A stretch of DNA of 32,000 bases from Allobaculum fili. Lineage in GTDB: Bacteria; Bacillota_I; Bacilli_A; Erysipelotrichales; Erysipelotrichaceae. Location: the NCBI RefSeq assembly GCF_020969955.1, contig NZ_JAHDSX010000001.1, positions 60,001-92,000 of the forward strand, given 5' to 3'. A program made the position numbers and the translations under genes. This document shows positions 14,661-24,169 of this stretch, one piece after another. Within the stretch, counting starts at the first letter, position 1; every line of letters starts with the position of its first letter. The notes beneath the pieces are model-generated. The model searched no databases and was not told the origin of the DNA. It saw only the letters and a list, made by a program, of their open reading frames with translations.

Positions 14661-14723
14661 AGGAATAACGATGGAAAGGAATGACCCGAAAGCTTCGGGA
14701 CTGTCCATTTGGCGAAAACGCGA

Positions 14724-15884
14724 TTAAGCGCTGCGCTCTTCGATTACGATGCCGGTATCCGGGTCAACTTCAACCAGGATATTGCGTCCAGTGTCCTTGT
14801 CGAAGAGGTGGATCCGGTCGGTGTTTACAGCGAGTTCAACGACATCGCCGGCTTTGGTCTTGGAAGAAGGATCCACTGCCGCGATGATCTGGGTTCCGTT
14901 GCAGTCTACGTAGAGGTTGCTGTCAGCGCCGAGCATTTCATAGACTTCCACTTTGCCTTTCGCCTTGGCTTCCGGGTGGCTTGCTACTTCTTCCGGATCG
15001 TCGGAAAGATCTTCCGGACGGATACCGAGGGTAACGGTGTCGCCGTCCTTGTAGCCTTTTTCGCGAACGCGGGCTGCGAATTTTTCTGGAATCAGGATAT
15101 TGTCGTCGCCGATCGTGAGGTACGTCTTGCCGTCTTTTTCATTGATGACAACGTCCATGAAGTTCATCTGCGGAGAACCGATGAAGCCGGCAACGAACTT
15201 GTTGATCGGATAGTCGTACAGGTGGGCCGGGGTATCGATCTGCTGCACTTCACCGTCGCTCATGACAACGATACGATCGCCCAGGGTCATGGCTTCGGTC
15301 TGGTCGTGGGTTACGTAAATAATGGTAGCGCCCAGTTTTTCATGCAGTTTGGAAATTTCTACACGCATCTGGCCGCGCAGCTTGGCATCCAGGTTGGACA
15401 GCGGTTCATCCATCAGCAGAACCTTTGGATGACGGACAATGGCACGTCCCATGGCAACACGCTGTCTCTGACCGCCGGAAAGCGCTTTTGGCTTACGGTC
15501 GAGCAGGCTGTCCAGACCGAGCGTACGGCTGGTCTGTGCGACACGCTTGTCGATTTCTTCTTTTGGCAGTTTGGCAATCTTCAGCGGGAATTCCATGTTT
15601 TCGCGAACCGTTAAGAACGGATACAGGGCGTAGGACTGGAAAACCATCGCGATCTTGCGGTCTTTTGGATCGAGATCGTTTACGCGGTTGCCGTCGATGA
15701 TCAGATCGCCGCCGGAAATTTCTTCCAGACCGGCAATCATGCGCAGCGTGGTGGATTTTCCGCAGCCCGAAGGACCTACGAAAATAACAAACTCGCCGTC
15801 TTTAACATCCAGGTTGAAGTCCTTAACGGCTTCAAAACCGTTTGGATACACTTTCTTAATATGTTTGAGATTGAGCTCTGACAT
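14724..15884 (-). CDS. msmK: Sugar ABC transporter ATP-binding protein (MsmK/MsmX/MalK-type), 386 aa
   Basis: Walker A GPSGCGKST, Q-loop MVFQSYALYP, signature LSGGQRQRVAMGRA, Walker B VLLMDEPLSNLD and H-loop IYVTHD are all present. A MalK-type C-terminal regulatory/OB domain follows. AAGGAG lies 5 nt upstream of the ATG. Confidence 0.93.
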   Translation of the reverse strand: MSELNLKHIKKVYPNGFEAVKDFNLDVKDGEFVIFVGPSGCGKSTTLRMIAGLEEISGGDLIIDGNRVNDLDPKDRKIAMVFQSYALYPFLTVRENMEFPLKIAKLPKEEIDKRVAQTSRTLGLDSLLDRKPKALSGGQRQRVAMGRAIVRHPKVLLMDEPLSNLDAKLRGQMRVEISKLHEKLGATIIYVTHDQTEAMTLGDRIVVMSDGEVQQIDTPAHLYDYPINKFVAGFIGSPQMNFMDVVINEKDGKTYLTIGDDNILIPEKFAARVREKGYKDGDTVTLGIRPEDLSDDPEEVASHPEAKAKGKVEVYEMLGADSNLYVDCNGTQIIAAVDPSSKTKAGDVVELAVNTDRIHLFDKDTGRNILVEVDPDTGIVIEERSA

Positions 15885-16137
15885 AGCTTCTCCTTTATAT
15901 ACGGCTGGGAAAGTATCGCCGGCCTCACGCCCGCAAAATGCTTTCTAAGAAATCTCAAAATATAAATGGGGATCTCATCTGGGTCAAGGCAGATACCCAT
16001 CCAGCTCTGACATTTTCAGAATAGGGGCTCAAAAGACGATGAACAAATCAGATGACTTGAAACGTTTCATTCCCTTCACGGCCAAGTTCAGCCGGAAAGG
16101 TCTTGAAAGTTCAGCTGGAGAAGATAGAAAATATATT

Positions 16138-16211
16138 TGTAAACTTTGCAAATCATATTGCAATTGCAACAGGATTTAGTAAATTATGATTAAGTTTAGT
16201 AAAACTTTACT
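16138..16211. promoter_or_regulatory. Divergent msmK/galT control region with palindromic candidate operators
   Basis: TGTAAACTTTGCAA (16138-16151) resembles a LacI/CcpA-type half-symmetric site. TTGCAATTGCAA (16158-16169) is a perfect 12-bp palindrome. AGTAAA-AC-TTTACT (16198-16211) has perfect 6-bp arms. TTTAGTAAA occurs twice (16175-16183 and 16195-16203). I cannot place -35/-10 hexamers confidently. Confidence 0.35.
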
Positions 16212-16243
16212 GGCCATCCAAGAGGCCATAGAAAGAGGAAAAA

Positions 16244-17740
16244 ATGGCTGATCAATCCATTCTGAAGCTCGTGGAATACGGCGTTCAGACCGGTCTGCTC
16301 CCGGAAAGCGAGCGGACGTATGCTGCCAACCTGCTTCTCGACCTGATGCACCAGGATGCATTGGATCAAACGGCTTACACCCCCGACGGATCCGAAATTT
16401 CTCTGCCGGAAGTCCTGAATAATCTACTGGACACTGCTGCAGAGCGTTCCATCATCGAAGACTCGATTACTTATCGGGATCTGTTCGATGCCAAACTGAT
16501 GAACGCTCTTCTGCCGCGCCCTGCCCAGATTCAGGAAACGTTCGAAAAACTGTATGAAGAAAGCCCGAAAGCTGCAACGGACTACTTCTACAAACTTTCT
16601 CAGGATTCCAACTATATTCGCCGCGATCGTATTGCCCGCGACGAGCGCTGGAGTGCCGATTCGCCGTATGGAGAAATCGAACTTTCGATCAACCTCTCCA
16701 AACCGGAAAAAGATCCGAAAGCGATCGCTGCTGCTAAATCCGCTCCGCAGTCGGCGTATCCAAAATGCCAGCTGTGCATGGAAAACGAAGGCTACGCCGG
16801 TCGTGTCAATCATCCAGGCCGTACAAACCACCGCATCATTCCTATCACCGTCAACAATTCCCGCTGGGGCTTCCAGTACTCCCCTTACGTGTACTACAAC
16901 GAACACTGCATCGTCTTTAACGGCGAACATACGCCAATGGCGATCAACCACGACACGTTCGTAAAACTGTTCGACTTCATCGATCTGTTCCCCCATTACT
17001 TCCTGGGCAGCAACGCCGACCTGCCGATCGTAGGCGGAAGCATCCTGTCCCACGACCACTTCCAGGGCGGAAACCACGAATTCCCAATGGCAAAAGCCGA
17101 AATCGAAGAAGAAGTGACGATTCCAGGATTTGAAGATCTCAAAGCCGGCATCGTGAAATGGCCAATGGCGGTTATCCGTCTGCGCGGAACTGACCGCACG
17201 CGCGTTATCACCGCAGCCGATCACATTCTCGATACCTGGAGAGGCTACTCCGATGAATCTGCCGGAATCCTGGCGAACGCCAACGGCGAACCGCACAACA
17301 CCATTACGCCGATTGCCCGCAAACGTGACGGCGAATACGAACTCGACCTCGTTCTGCGCTGCAACATCACCAGCGAAGAACATCCGATGGGTGTCTTCCA
17401 TCCGCATGCCCAGTGGCATCACATTAAAAAGGAAAACATCGGTCTGATCGAAGTTATGGGTCTGGCTGTCCTGCCGGCTCGTCTGAAAAAGGAAATGTCC
17501 GATCTGAAGAAAGCCATGCTCAACGGCGAAGATCTGCGTGCCGATCCGGAACTCGAAAAGCACGCCGACTGGGCCGAAGAAATCATGAAGAAATACGATA
17601 CGATCAATGCAGAAAATATCGATCAGATCATTCATGACGAAATCGGCATCGTCTTCACGCACGTTCTTGAAGACGCCGGCGTCTACAAAACCGATGCCGA
17701 AGGCCGCAAGGCGTTCCGCCGCTTCATCGACGCGCTTTAA
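16244..17740 (+). CDS. galT: UDP-glucose--hexose-1-phosphate uridylyltransferase (type 2 GalT), 498 aa
   Basis: The length and the motifs CQLCMENEGYAGR, SILSHDHFQGG and FHPHAQWHHI (the active-site His-x-His region) fit the roughly 500-aa Gram-positive GalT class. Confidence 0.92.
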   Translation: MADQSILKLVEYGVQTGLLPESERTYAANLLLDLMHQDALDQTAYTPDGSEISLPEVLNNLLDTAAERSIIEDSITYRDLFDAKLMNALLPRPAQIQETFEKLYEESPKAATDYFYKLSQDSNYIRRDRIARDERWSADSPYGEIELSINLSKPEKDPKAIAAAKSAPQSAYPKCQLCMENEGYAGRVNHPGRTNHRIIPITVNNSRWGFQYSPYVYYNEHCIVFNGEHTPMAINHDTFVKLFDFIDLFPHYFLGSNADLPIVGGSILSHDHFQGGNHEFPMAKAEIEEEVTIPGFEDLKAGIVKWPMAVIRLRGTDRTRVITAADHILDTWRGYSDESAGILANANGEPHNTITPIARKRDGEYELDLVLRCNITSEEHPMGVFHPHAQWHHIKKENIGLIEVMGLAVLPARLKKEMSDLKKAMLNGEDLRADPELEKHADWAEEIMKKYDTINAENIDQIIHDEIGIVFTHVLEDAGVYKTDAEGRKAFRRFIDAL

Positions 17741-17946
17741 TACAAAATCATTCTCAATTCTTCCCGGTTTGCAGGCGCATTATTCTGGAAAGAAAAGACA
17801 GAATCATCTGAAATAAAAGCGGCTTAAATCTCTAGCACTCAAAGACGTTTTCCCGCCGGCATCCGCCGGTGCGGATAAACCGCAATGGATGTCCTGCTTT
17901 ATATACAGCGGGATCCCAGTGAGGATCAGAAAGAAGGTAATCTGAA

Positions 17947-18972
17947 ATGAAAATCTTAGTAACGGGCGGTGCCGGCTACATTGGAAGCCACACCTGCGTA
18001 GAACTGCTCAACAACGGCTACGATGTTGTCGTTCTTGACAACCTGTACAACTCCAGCGAAAAAGCGCTCGACCGCGTAGAAGAAATCGCCGGCAAAAAAG
18101 TGAAATTCTACAAAGGCGACGTTCTGAACATGGACGATCTGAACCGCGTATTCGACAATGAACAGATCGATGCCGTCATCCACTTCGCCGGTCTGAAAGC
18201 CGTAGGCGAAAGTGTTCGCAAGCCAATCGAGTACTACAACAACAACATCGCCGGAACCATCAACCTGCTGGAAGCCATGAGAAACCACAATGTGAAAAAC
18301 ATCATCTTCTCCTCTTCCGCTACCGTTTACGGCGACCCGGCCGAAATGCCAATTACCGAAAAATGCCCGAAAGGCACCTGCACCAACCCGTACGGCTGGT
18401 CCAAATGGATGCTCGAGCAGATTCTGATGGACGTTCATACCGCAGATCCGGAATGGAACGTTATGCTTCTGCGTTACTTCAACCCGATCGGCGCGCATGA
18501 ATCCGGCCGCATTGGCGAAGACCCGAAGGGCATCCCAAACAACCTGCTCCCATATGTAGCACAGGTTGCCGTTGGTAAACTCAAGGAAGTCGGCGTATTC
18601 GGCAATGACTACCCAACACCAGACGGAACCGGTGTTCGCGACTACATCCACGTCGTTGACCTGGCGAAAGGCCACGTTGCGGCACTCGATCAGATCAAGC
18701 ATGGCGCCGGCCTGAAAATCTACAACCTCGGAACCGGACATGGAAGCTCCGTACTCGACGTTATCCACGCCTTCGAAAAAGCCTGTGGTCATGAAATTCC
18801 ATATTCCATCAAACCGCGTCGTGAAGGCGACATCGCTGCATGCTACGCAAAATGCGATCTGGCCAAAGAAGAACTCGGCTGGACAGCGCAGTACGACCTC
18901 GATGACATGTGCGAAAGCTCCTGGAAATGGCAGTCCAACAACCCGGACGGCTACAACACACCAGAAAAGTAA
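17947..18972 (+). CDS. galE: UDP-glucose 4-epimerase, 341 aa
   Basis: Rossmann motif KILVTGGAGYIGSH is present, with the SDR catalytic SSSATVYG and YGWSKWMLE (YxxxK) motifs. The GalE-typical end ..WKWQSNNPDGY is also present. Confidence 0.95.
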   Translation: MKILVTGGAGYIGSHTCVELLNNGYDVVVLDNLYNSSEKALDRVEEIAGKKVKFYKGDVLNMDDLNRVFDNEQIDAVIHFAGLKAVGESVRKPIEYYNNNIAGTINLLEAMRNHNVKNIIFSSSATVYGDPAEMPITEKCPKGTCTNPYGWSKWMLEQILMDVHTADPEWNVMLLRYFNPIGAHESGRIGEDPKGIPNNLLPYVAQVAVGKLKEVGVFGNDYPTPDGTGVRDYIHVVDLAKGHVAALDQIKHGAGLKIYNLGTGHGSSVLDVIHAFEKACGHEIPYSIKPRREGDIAACYAKCDLAKEELGWTAQYDLDDMCESSWKWQSNNPDGYNTPEK

Positions 18973-19070
18973 GCCGATAATCCCCGCGTTCTAAATGAAA
19001 AATCGCCCATAAGGCTACGCGAAGAAAAATCCAGAACGGCTGGATCGCCAGCCAGTACTCAATAAAATTA

Positions 19071-19149
19071 AAGCAGCAGGCAAATTTCCTGTAAGACCAG
19101 GTCTGAACAGACCGGTCAGACAAAGGAGAAGAAGCCTGCTGCTTTTTTA
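19071..19149 (+). terminator. Long-stem terminator after galE
   Basis: Perfect 11-bp stem: AAGCAGCAGGC (19071-19081) pairs with GCCTGCTGCTT (19134-19144), running into TTTTTTAA. The 52-nt interior can itself fold (GACCAGGTC/GACCGGTC). Confidence 0.65.
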
Positions 19150-19290
19150 ATGTCTTGAGTTAGTAAGCAGAAAGGAAAGCGGGAAAAAGGAGCGGAATCT
19201 GCATAGGCAAATCCATAAAGATGCGTGCGGCCTTCACGCAAGACGAGTCACCGGTTTTGGGCAAGGACAGTCACATTTCAGCATTTTTCT

Positions 19291-19338
19291 AAAAACGTGA
19301 GAATACGGTTCGAAAAATCGAAAAACACGTGAGAATAC
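19291..19338. repeat. Imperfect direct repeats in the 820-bp spacer upstream of ugd
   Basis: The core ACGTGAGAATAC occurs at 19295-19306 and 19327-19338, each preceded by an A-run. The tandem 8-mers CGAAAAAT and CGAAAAAC lie between them (19311-19326). A degenerate third copy, AAAAAAACGTAAAAA, lies at 19353-19367. Confidence 0.8.
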
Positions 19339-19795
19339 CGAGCGTAAAACTCAAAAAAACGTAAAAAGGTGTCGATCTGTTTGCTGGAAATACTAGGGTG
19401 AAGGCTGGCATGCGGTTATCAGATTTTCCTGTGAGGACGAAGACCGAGGATTCCTTTTGTCAGAAAATGGCCTTGAATAAGGGTGCCGGAAAATCGTGCG
19501 GAGTCCAGTTTTGCTAGAACAGCAAAGTTGAATTTGACTAGATTCATCTGAAAAAAGTGCAGAAACAGCCTCAAACGGCTGTTAAATTTAAAAACGAACC
19601 GAAAGAAATTGTGCACATAACTTGAATACGGGGCCAAAACAGCCCTTGTATAGCTTTCAATCTGTTAAATTATTCGTGTAACTCCTAAATCCAGTTGACC
19701 CGAACGGGCTGGCAGCTTTTGCAAAGTATGAACTGCTGACCATTTTTCCGAATGAGAGGTCTTTTGCGCGATTTGGGAAAGCAGAAAGGAACGCT

Positions 19796-21043
19796 ATGAC
19801 ATCAAAGCTGAAAATTGCAGTTGCGGGTACAGGATATGTCGGTCTTTCGCTTGCTGTGCTTCTGAGTCAGAAGCATCAGGTAACAGCTGTTGATATTATT
19901 CCGGAGAAAGTGGAAATGATTCAAAAACGGATTTCTCCGATCCAGGATTATGAAATCGAATCATTCCTCGCGACGAAAGATCTTGACCTGACAGCAACTA
20001 CAGATTCTGCATCGGCGTATCAGAATGCAGATCTCGTTCTGGTGGCTACGCCGACCAATTATGATTCCGAACGGAATTATTTTGATACGTCAGCCGTTGA
20101 ATCCGTTATTGAAGAAATTCGAACGGTAAATCCAGAAGCGTTTATCGTAATCAAGTCGACGATCCCTGTGGGATTTACCAAGTCGATCAATGAAAAATAT
20201 AAAACGGATCATATTCTGTTCAGCCCGGAATTTTTACGGGAAGGACATGCGCTTTACGATAATCTGTTTCCAAGCCGGATTATTGTCGGAGCAGATTTAG
20301 AAGATCCGATTCAAGTCGAAGCCGCCCATCGGTTTGGCGACCTTCTTAAGGATGCGTCCCAGAAAAAGGATGTTCAGGTCCTGTACATGGGATCAACGGA
20401 AGCAGAGGCGGTAAAGCTTTTTGCCAATACCTACCTGGCTCTTCGCGTATCGTTCTTCAATGAACTGGATACGTATGCGGAGATGAAAGGTCTGTCGACC
20501 CGAGACATTATCGATGGAGTCTGTCTGGATCCGAGAATCGGCTCCCAGTACAACAACCCGTCTTTCGGCTATGGCGGCTATTGTCTGCCGAAAGATACCA
20601 AACAGCTGCTCGCAAATTATGAACACGTACCACAGAACATGATTGGAGCGATTGTAGAAGCCAATCGAACTAGAAAAGACTTTGTAGCCGATCGTGTGCT
20701 GAAAATGGCAGGCTATGAGGAAGATACAGTCGATCGCTATTCGAAAAAGAAAAAACACCCGGTTACAATCGGTGTTTATCGTCTGACGATGAAAGCGCAC
20801 AGTGATAATTTCCGTCACAGTTCGATTCAGGGAGTTATGAAGCGTCTTCGTGCTAAGGGTGCGAACATTGTGATTTATGAACCGGCTCTTGAAGACGGAG
20901 CGACCTTCTTTGGCTCTCTCGTAGTGAATGATCTGGATGAGTTTAAACGAATCAGCAATGTGATCATCGCAAATCGAAACGGCAAAGAACTGTCCGATGT
21001 GCAGGATAAAATCTACACCCGCGATATTTTCCATAAAGACTGA
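19796..21043 (+). CDS. ugd: UDP-glucose 6-dehydrogenase (UDP-glucose/GDP-mannose dehydrogenase family), 415 aa
   Basis: N-terminal [16 protein letters not shown]-binding fold, FSPEFLREG, and the catalytic-cysteine motif [14 protein letters not shown] are present. Confidence 0.9.
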   Translation: MTSKLKIAVAGTGYVGLSLAVLLSQKHQVTAVDIIPEKVEMIQKRISPIQDYEIESFLATKDLDLTATTDSASAYQNADLVLVATPTNYDSERNYFDTSAVESVIEEIRTVNPEAFIVIKSTIPVGFTKSINEKYKTDHILFSPEFLREGHALYDNLFPSRIIVGADLEDPIQVEAAHRFGDLLKDASQKKDVQVLYMGSTEAEAVKLFANTYLALRVSFFNELDTYAEMKGLSTRDIIDGVCLDPRIGSQYNNPSFGYGGYCLPKDTKQLLANYEHVPQNMIGAIVEANRTRKDFVADRVLKMAGYEEDTVDRYSKKKKHPVTIGVYRLTMKAHSDNFRHSSIQGVMKRLRAKGANIVIYEPALEDGATFFGSLVVNDLDEFKRISNVIIANRNGKELSDVQDKIYTRDIFHKD

Positions 21044-21192
21044 TGGTACGGACACAGTATGGTTTTGTCTGGCTGTGTCAGGCTCTTGAAAAACAGAAGC
21101 CAAATTACAGAACGAATTGCAGCGTTTCCATAATGGCGTTAAAAAAGGTGAAGTGTCTTAACACCAGGACTTTCCCGCTATGGGAAGAAGCT

Positions 21193-21220
21193 GGTGAAAA
21201 CGCTTCACCCTTTTTTCTTT
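21193..21220 (+). terminator. Rho-independent terminator after ugd
   Basis: Stem GGTGAA (21193-21198) pairs with TTCACC (21204-21209) across a 5-nt loop, then C + TTTTTTCTTT. An outer pairing with GGTGAAGTG near 21147 is also possible. Confidence 0.65.
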
Positions 21221-21434
21221 CCTGCTTAATGTACAGTCATTTTTGAAAAAGTCTGTACTTATATCGGCAAAATAAGAGGTAAATGGCATAAAAATAATTT
21301 TTATTAGATTATTCAAGCAATTCCCGTCAGAGGGAAATCTACCCAGTCTAGTTGCTTTTCGTGTAGTATATTATCGGTTTTGGCAAGCATGCTAAAAAGA
21401 CAAACCTGTTACAAATCTATATAGGAGCTTAGGT

Positions 21435-23165
21435 ATGAAGAAATTTTGGGAATTTTGGCTCAGACATCCATACTGGACAGCTTTCCTGGCCGTGTTTATT
21501 CCAAGACTGATTTTTACGGTGGGGATAAAGACGATGTCGATTTCCGGAGATGAAATCTTCTCTTTCTGGCCTGCTGCAAAACTGGCTGGATACGACTGGA
21601 GCGGCGTCATGGAAGGCTACCGCTATTACGGATTCGGGTATACGGCTCTGCTTACCCCGTTTTTTCTTTTGATCCGTGATCCGGCTGTGCTTTATAAAAC
21701 ATTAGTTGTTCTGATGGCGCTTTTTCAGAGTCTGACAGCACCCCTTGTCTGCTATTTGATGAAGCGGTTTTTTCATGTCACGAACCCTTTGCGAAGAATT
21801 ATTTCCGGAATTGTCTGCTCGTTTTGCGTAGCGCTTCGAGCGGTCTACACGTATCCGGAATTTTTGTACGACTTTCTGATCTGGAGCATTGTCTGGATTT
21901 TGCTGATTCTTACCGAGAAGGCGAGTCTGAAATGGACGATTTTTCTGTGGGTGGTGACCGGGTATGCCATAACCGTGCACAGTCGAGGAATCACCCTGGT
22001 TTTTGCGATCCTCGCTGCGGCAGTGCTTTATCAGATCTGGTTTAAAAAGCCTTTGCTGGACTGGCGAGTCACAATCGTACTGGCGGTTGCAGCTCTTCTG
22101 TTTTACAAGTTTGGAATTCAGTTCGTTCTCAATTACCTGGGAATGAATCGCCCAGTGGGAAATACGTCTGTAACCGTAAAATCTGGAACACTCTCCCTTT
22201 TCCTTGGAGAGCCTAAATCCTGGATCAGCTGGTTCTATATCATCCTTGGGCAGCTGAATGAAGGCATTATGATGAGTGCCGGGCTGGCTGTTCCGGCTGT
22301 CTGGATCCTCATGAAGATGATTTTTTCGAAAGCGGAAAGAATCAATGAGAACCGACAGATTCTTTGCGTAGCTGTCTTCAGCTTCGCAGCCATCATCATC
22401 ACGATCGGCGGTCAGTCCATTACAGAACTTTCAGCGGTTTATGAAGCGATGTTCACGAATGGAAACTGGGACGCTTTTCGCATGGTGACATACCTTCGCT
22501 ACTATGGGGCTTATGCGTCTCCGCTCCTGATGGCAGCAATCTGTGCGTTTCAGAACAAAGAGCGTCTTCAGTCCATTCTGGTTCCGTCCATTGTTACTTC
22601 ACTCCTGCTGCAGGGGCTGTTTGTGATTCTGGTTGTTCCATATATTAATCACTTTAATGGATCCGTCTGGAGCTATGCCCCATTCTTTGGAACCCGGGGA
22701 TTTGTAGACAACATCAGTACGGCAGCCTATCTGGCAGGCGTATTTGCGATGCTCCTTCTTCAGGGAGTGGATCTTCTCCTTCTTAAAAAGAATTTTAAAA
22801 AATGGATTCTGCCTTTGGCTGCTCTCGTCATGATTTACGTATATGGATTTAACTGTATCCATCATGAAGGGTATCGTTCCCGGCAAAATGCACAGGCAGT
22901 TGAAGAGGGAATTGCCTACATAAAGAAAAATGCTGCAGACCGCACGATTTATGTAGCCAATGTGCCGGCAGGTTCCGCTGGCCAGGGCGTGGCATGGCTT
23001 TATCAGTTTGCCCTTCCTGATATTCCAGTTCAGGAGTATACGTCCGTTCCCGAAGAAGATAACGCGGTGGTTATTACGAATACCGATACGGATCAAAACC
23101 TCCTCGATCAGGGCTTTCAGCCGACTGCCCTGAATGATGGCTGGTTCATATATGAAAGGAATTAA
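21435..23165 (+). CDS. Polytopic membrane protein, putative GT-C-fold glycosyltransferase (GtrC/GacL/ArnT-like role), 576 aa
   Basis: GGAG lies 7 nt upstream of the ATG. There are at least 10 hydrophobic segments. An acidic D39-E40 pair (GAT GAA, 21549-21554) sits after the first TM helix, where GT-C enzymes carry their catalytic acidic motif. The protein is paralogous to the product of 29787-31586 and sits immediately upstream of a GtrB-like gene. Confidence 0.55.
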   Translation: MKKFWEFWLRHPYWTAFLAVFIPRLIFTVGIKTMSISGDEIFSFWPAAKLAGYDWSGVMEGYRYYGFGYTALLTPFFLLIRDPAVLYKTLVVLMALFQSLTAPLVCYLMKRFFHVTNPLRRIISGIVCSFCVALRAVYTYPEFLYDFLIWSIVWILLILTEKASLKWTIFLWVVTGYAITVHSRGITLVFAILAAAVLYQIWFKKPLLDWRVTIVLAVAALLFYKFGIQFVLNYLGMNRPVGNTSVTVKSGTLSLFLGEPKSWISWFYIILGQLNEGIMMSAGLAVPAVWILMKMIFSKAERINENRQILCVAVFSFAAIIITIGGQSITELSAVYEAMFTNGNWDAFRMVTYLRYYGAYASPLLMAAICAFQNKERLQSILVPSIVTSLLLQGLFVILVVPYINHFNGSVWSYAPFFGTRGFVDNISTAAYLAGVFAMLLLQGVDLLLLKKNFKKWILPLAALVMIYVYGFNCIHHEGYRSRQNAQAVEEGIAYIKKNAADRTIYVANVPAGSAGQGVAWLYQFALPDIPVQEYTSVPEEDNAVVITNTDTDQNLLDQGFQPTALNDGWFIYERN

Positions 23166-23167
23166 GC

Positions 23168-24169
23168 ATGAAGCTAATTATTCAGATCCCCTGCTTTAAC
23201 GAAGCAGAAACCCTGGAAGTCGCTCTGAATGATCTTCCAAAGCATATTGATGGAATCGATGAAATTGAGTACCTCATTATCAATGATGGAAGCCACGACA
23301 ACACGGTTGAAGTCGCTAAAAAATGGGGCGTAAACTATGTCGTCAATTTTCGAAATAACAAAGGACTGGCCAGAGGATTTATGGCGGGTCTCGATGCCTG
23401 CCTGCGCAATGGAGCAGATATTATCGTCAATACGGATGCCGATAACCAGTACTGCGGAGAAGATATTGAAAAACTGGTACGCCCTATCCTGAATGGGGAA
23501 GCCGGCATGGTCATCGGCGAACGTCCGATTGATGATACAGAACATTTTTCTCCGCTGAAGAAGAAGCTCCAGCATCTTGGAAGCTGGGTGGTACGCAAAG
23601 CCAGTCAGACGGATATCCCCGATGCGCCAAGCGGTTTCCGTGCGTACTCCAGACATACAGCCATGCGAATGAACGTGGTGAATGACTACACCTACACTCT
23701 GGAAACCATCGTGCAGGCCGGTCGAAGAAAAATGGCTGTAACGAGTGTTCCAATCCGAACCAACCCGGAACTGCGCCCAAGCCGTCTTTTCCACAGCATG
23801 TTCGGCTATGTAAAGAAAAGCATGCTTACTATTCTGCGATCCATGATGCAGTACAAGCCGCTGTACTGTTTCACCATTCTCGGATCCATTCTCAGCCTGA
23901 TTGGCCTGATCGTGCTGATTCGTTTTCTTGTCTTTTATTTTCAGGGAGCTGGAAACGGTCACATTCAGTCTCTGGTTATCGCATGCATGTTGATTACGAT
24001 CGGCGTAATTGGCTTCTTCTGCGGACTGCTTGGAGACACAATTGCCGCAAACCGAAGACTGCTTGAAGAAGTTCAGTTTGAACTCAGACGAATGGACTAT
24101 GGCTTGAGTGAAGAAGAAGTGAAGCAAAAAGACGACCCGAACAAGGCTGGAGAATATGGTGGCGAATAA
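23168..24169 (+). CDS. GT2 polyprenol-phosphate glycosyltransferase (GtrB/CsbB/ArnC/DPM1-like) with two C-terminal TM helices, 333 aa
   Basis: IQIPCFNEAETL, LIINDGSHDNT, NTDADNQY (DxD) and PSGFRAYS are present. Two C-terminal hydrophobic helices follow (LYCFTILGSILSLIGLIVLI and LVIACMLITIGVIGFFCGLLG), as is typical of GtrB-type enzymes. Confidence 0.85.
   Translation: MKLIIQIPCFNEAETLEVALNDLPKHIDGIDEIEYLIINDGSHDNTVEVAKKWGVNYVVNFRNNKGLARGFMAGLDACLRNGADIIVNTDADNQYCGEDIEKLVRPILNGEAGMVIGERPIDDTEHFSPLKKKLQHLGSWVVRKASQTDIPDAPSGFRAYSRHTAMRMNVVNDYTYTLETIVQAGRRKMAVTSVPIRTNPELRPSRLFHSMFGYVKKSMLTILRSMMQYKPLYCFTILGSILSLIGLIVLIRFLVFYFQGAGNGHIQSLVIACMLITIGVIGFFCGLLGDTIAANRRLLEEVQFELRRMDYGLSEEEVKQKDDPNKAGEYGGE

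Noticed and set aside
14250-14684. 144-aa plus-strand ORF in the convergent intergenic region (also 14064-14363 and 14207-14455 minus)
   Set aside because: It spans two terminator hairpins and the 13-bp inverted repeat. It has no RBS, and its Cys/Phe/Arg-rich composition is unlike the local proteins.
14709-15614. 301-aa plus-strand ORF
   Set aside because: It is antisense to the msmK-like ATPase, whose Walker A/B, Q-loop and signature motifs are all present on the minus strand.
16424-17662. 412-aa minus-strand ORF (and 17956-18792 minus, 278 aa)
   Set aside because: These are antisense to galT and galE respectively, both identified by catalytic motifs. They are shadow ORFs.
19419-19637. 72-aa minus-strand ORF in the long spacer upstream of ugd
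   Set aside because: It has no RBS, is F/L/R-rich and resembles nothing I recognise. It is kept only as part of the non-coding-region finding.
21043-21246. 67-aa plus-strand ORF after ugd
   Set aside because: It reads straight through the ugd terminator hairpin. It has no RBS.
21240-21434. Specific -35/-10 promoter hexamers for the glycan operon (and for galT near 16158-16190)
   Set aside because: Several TTGxxx and TAxxxT candidates exist in these AT-rich stretches. None has a convincing 16-18 nt spacing, so I do not call a promoter position.
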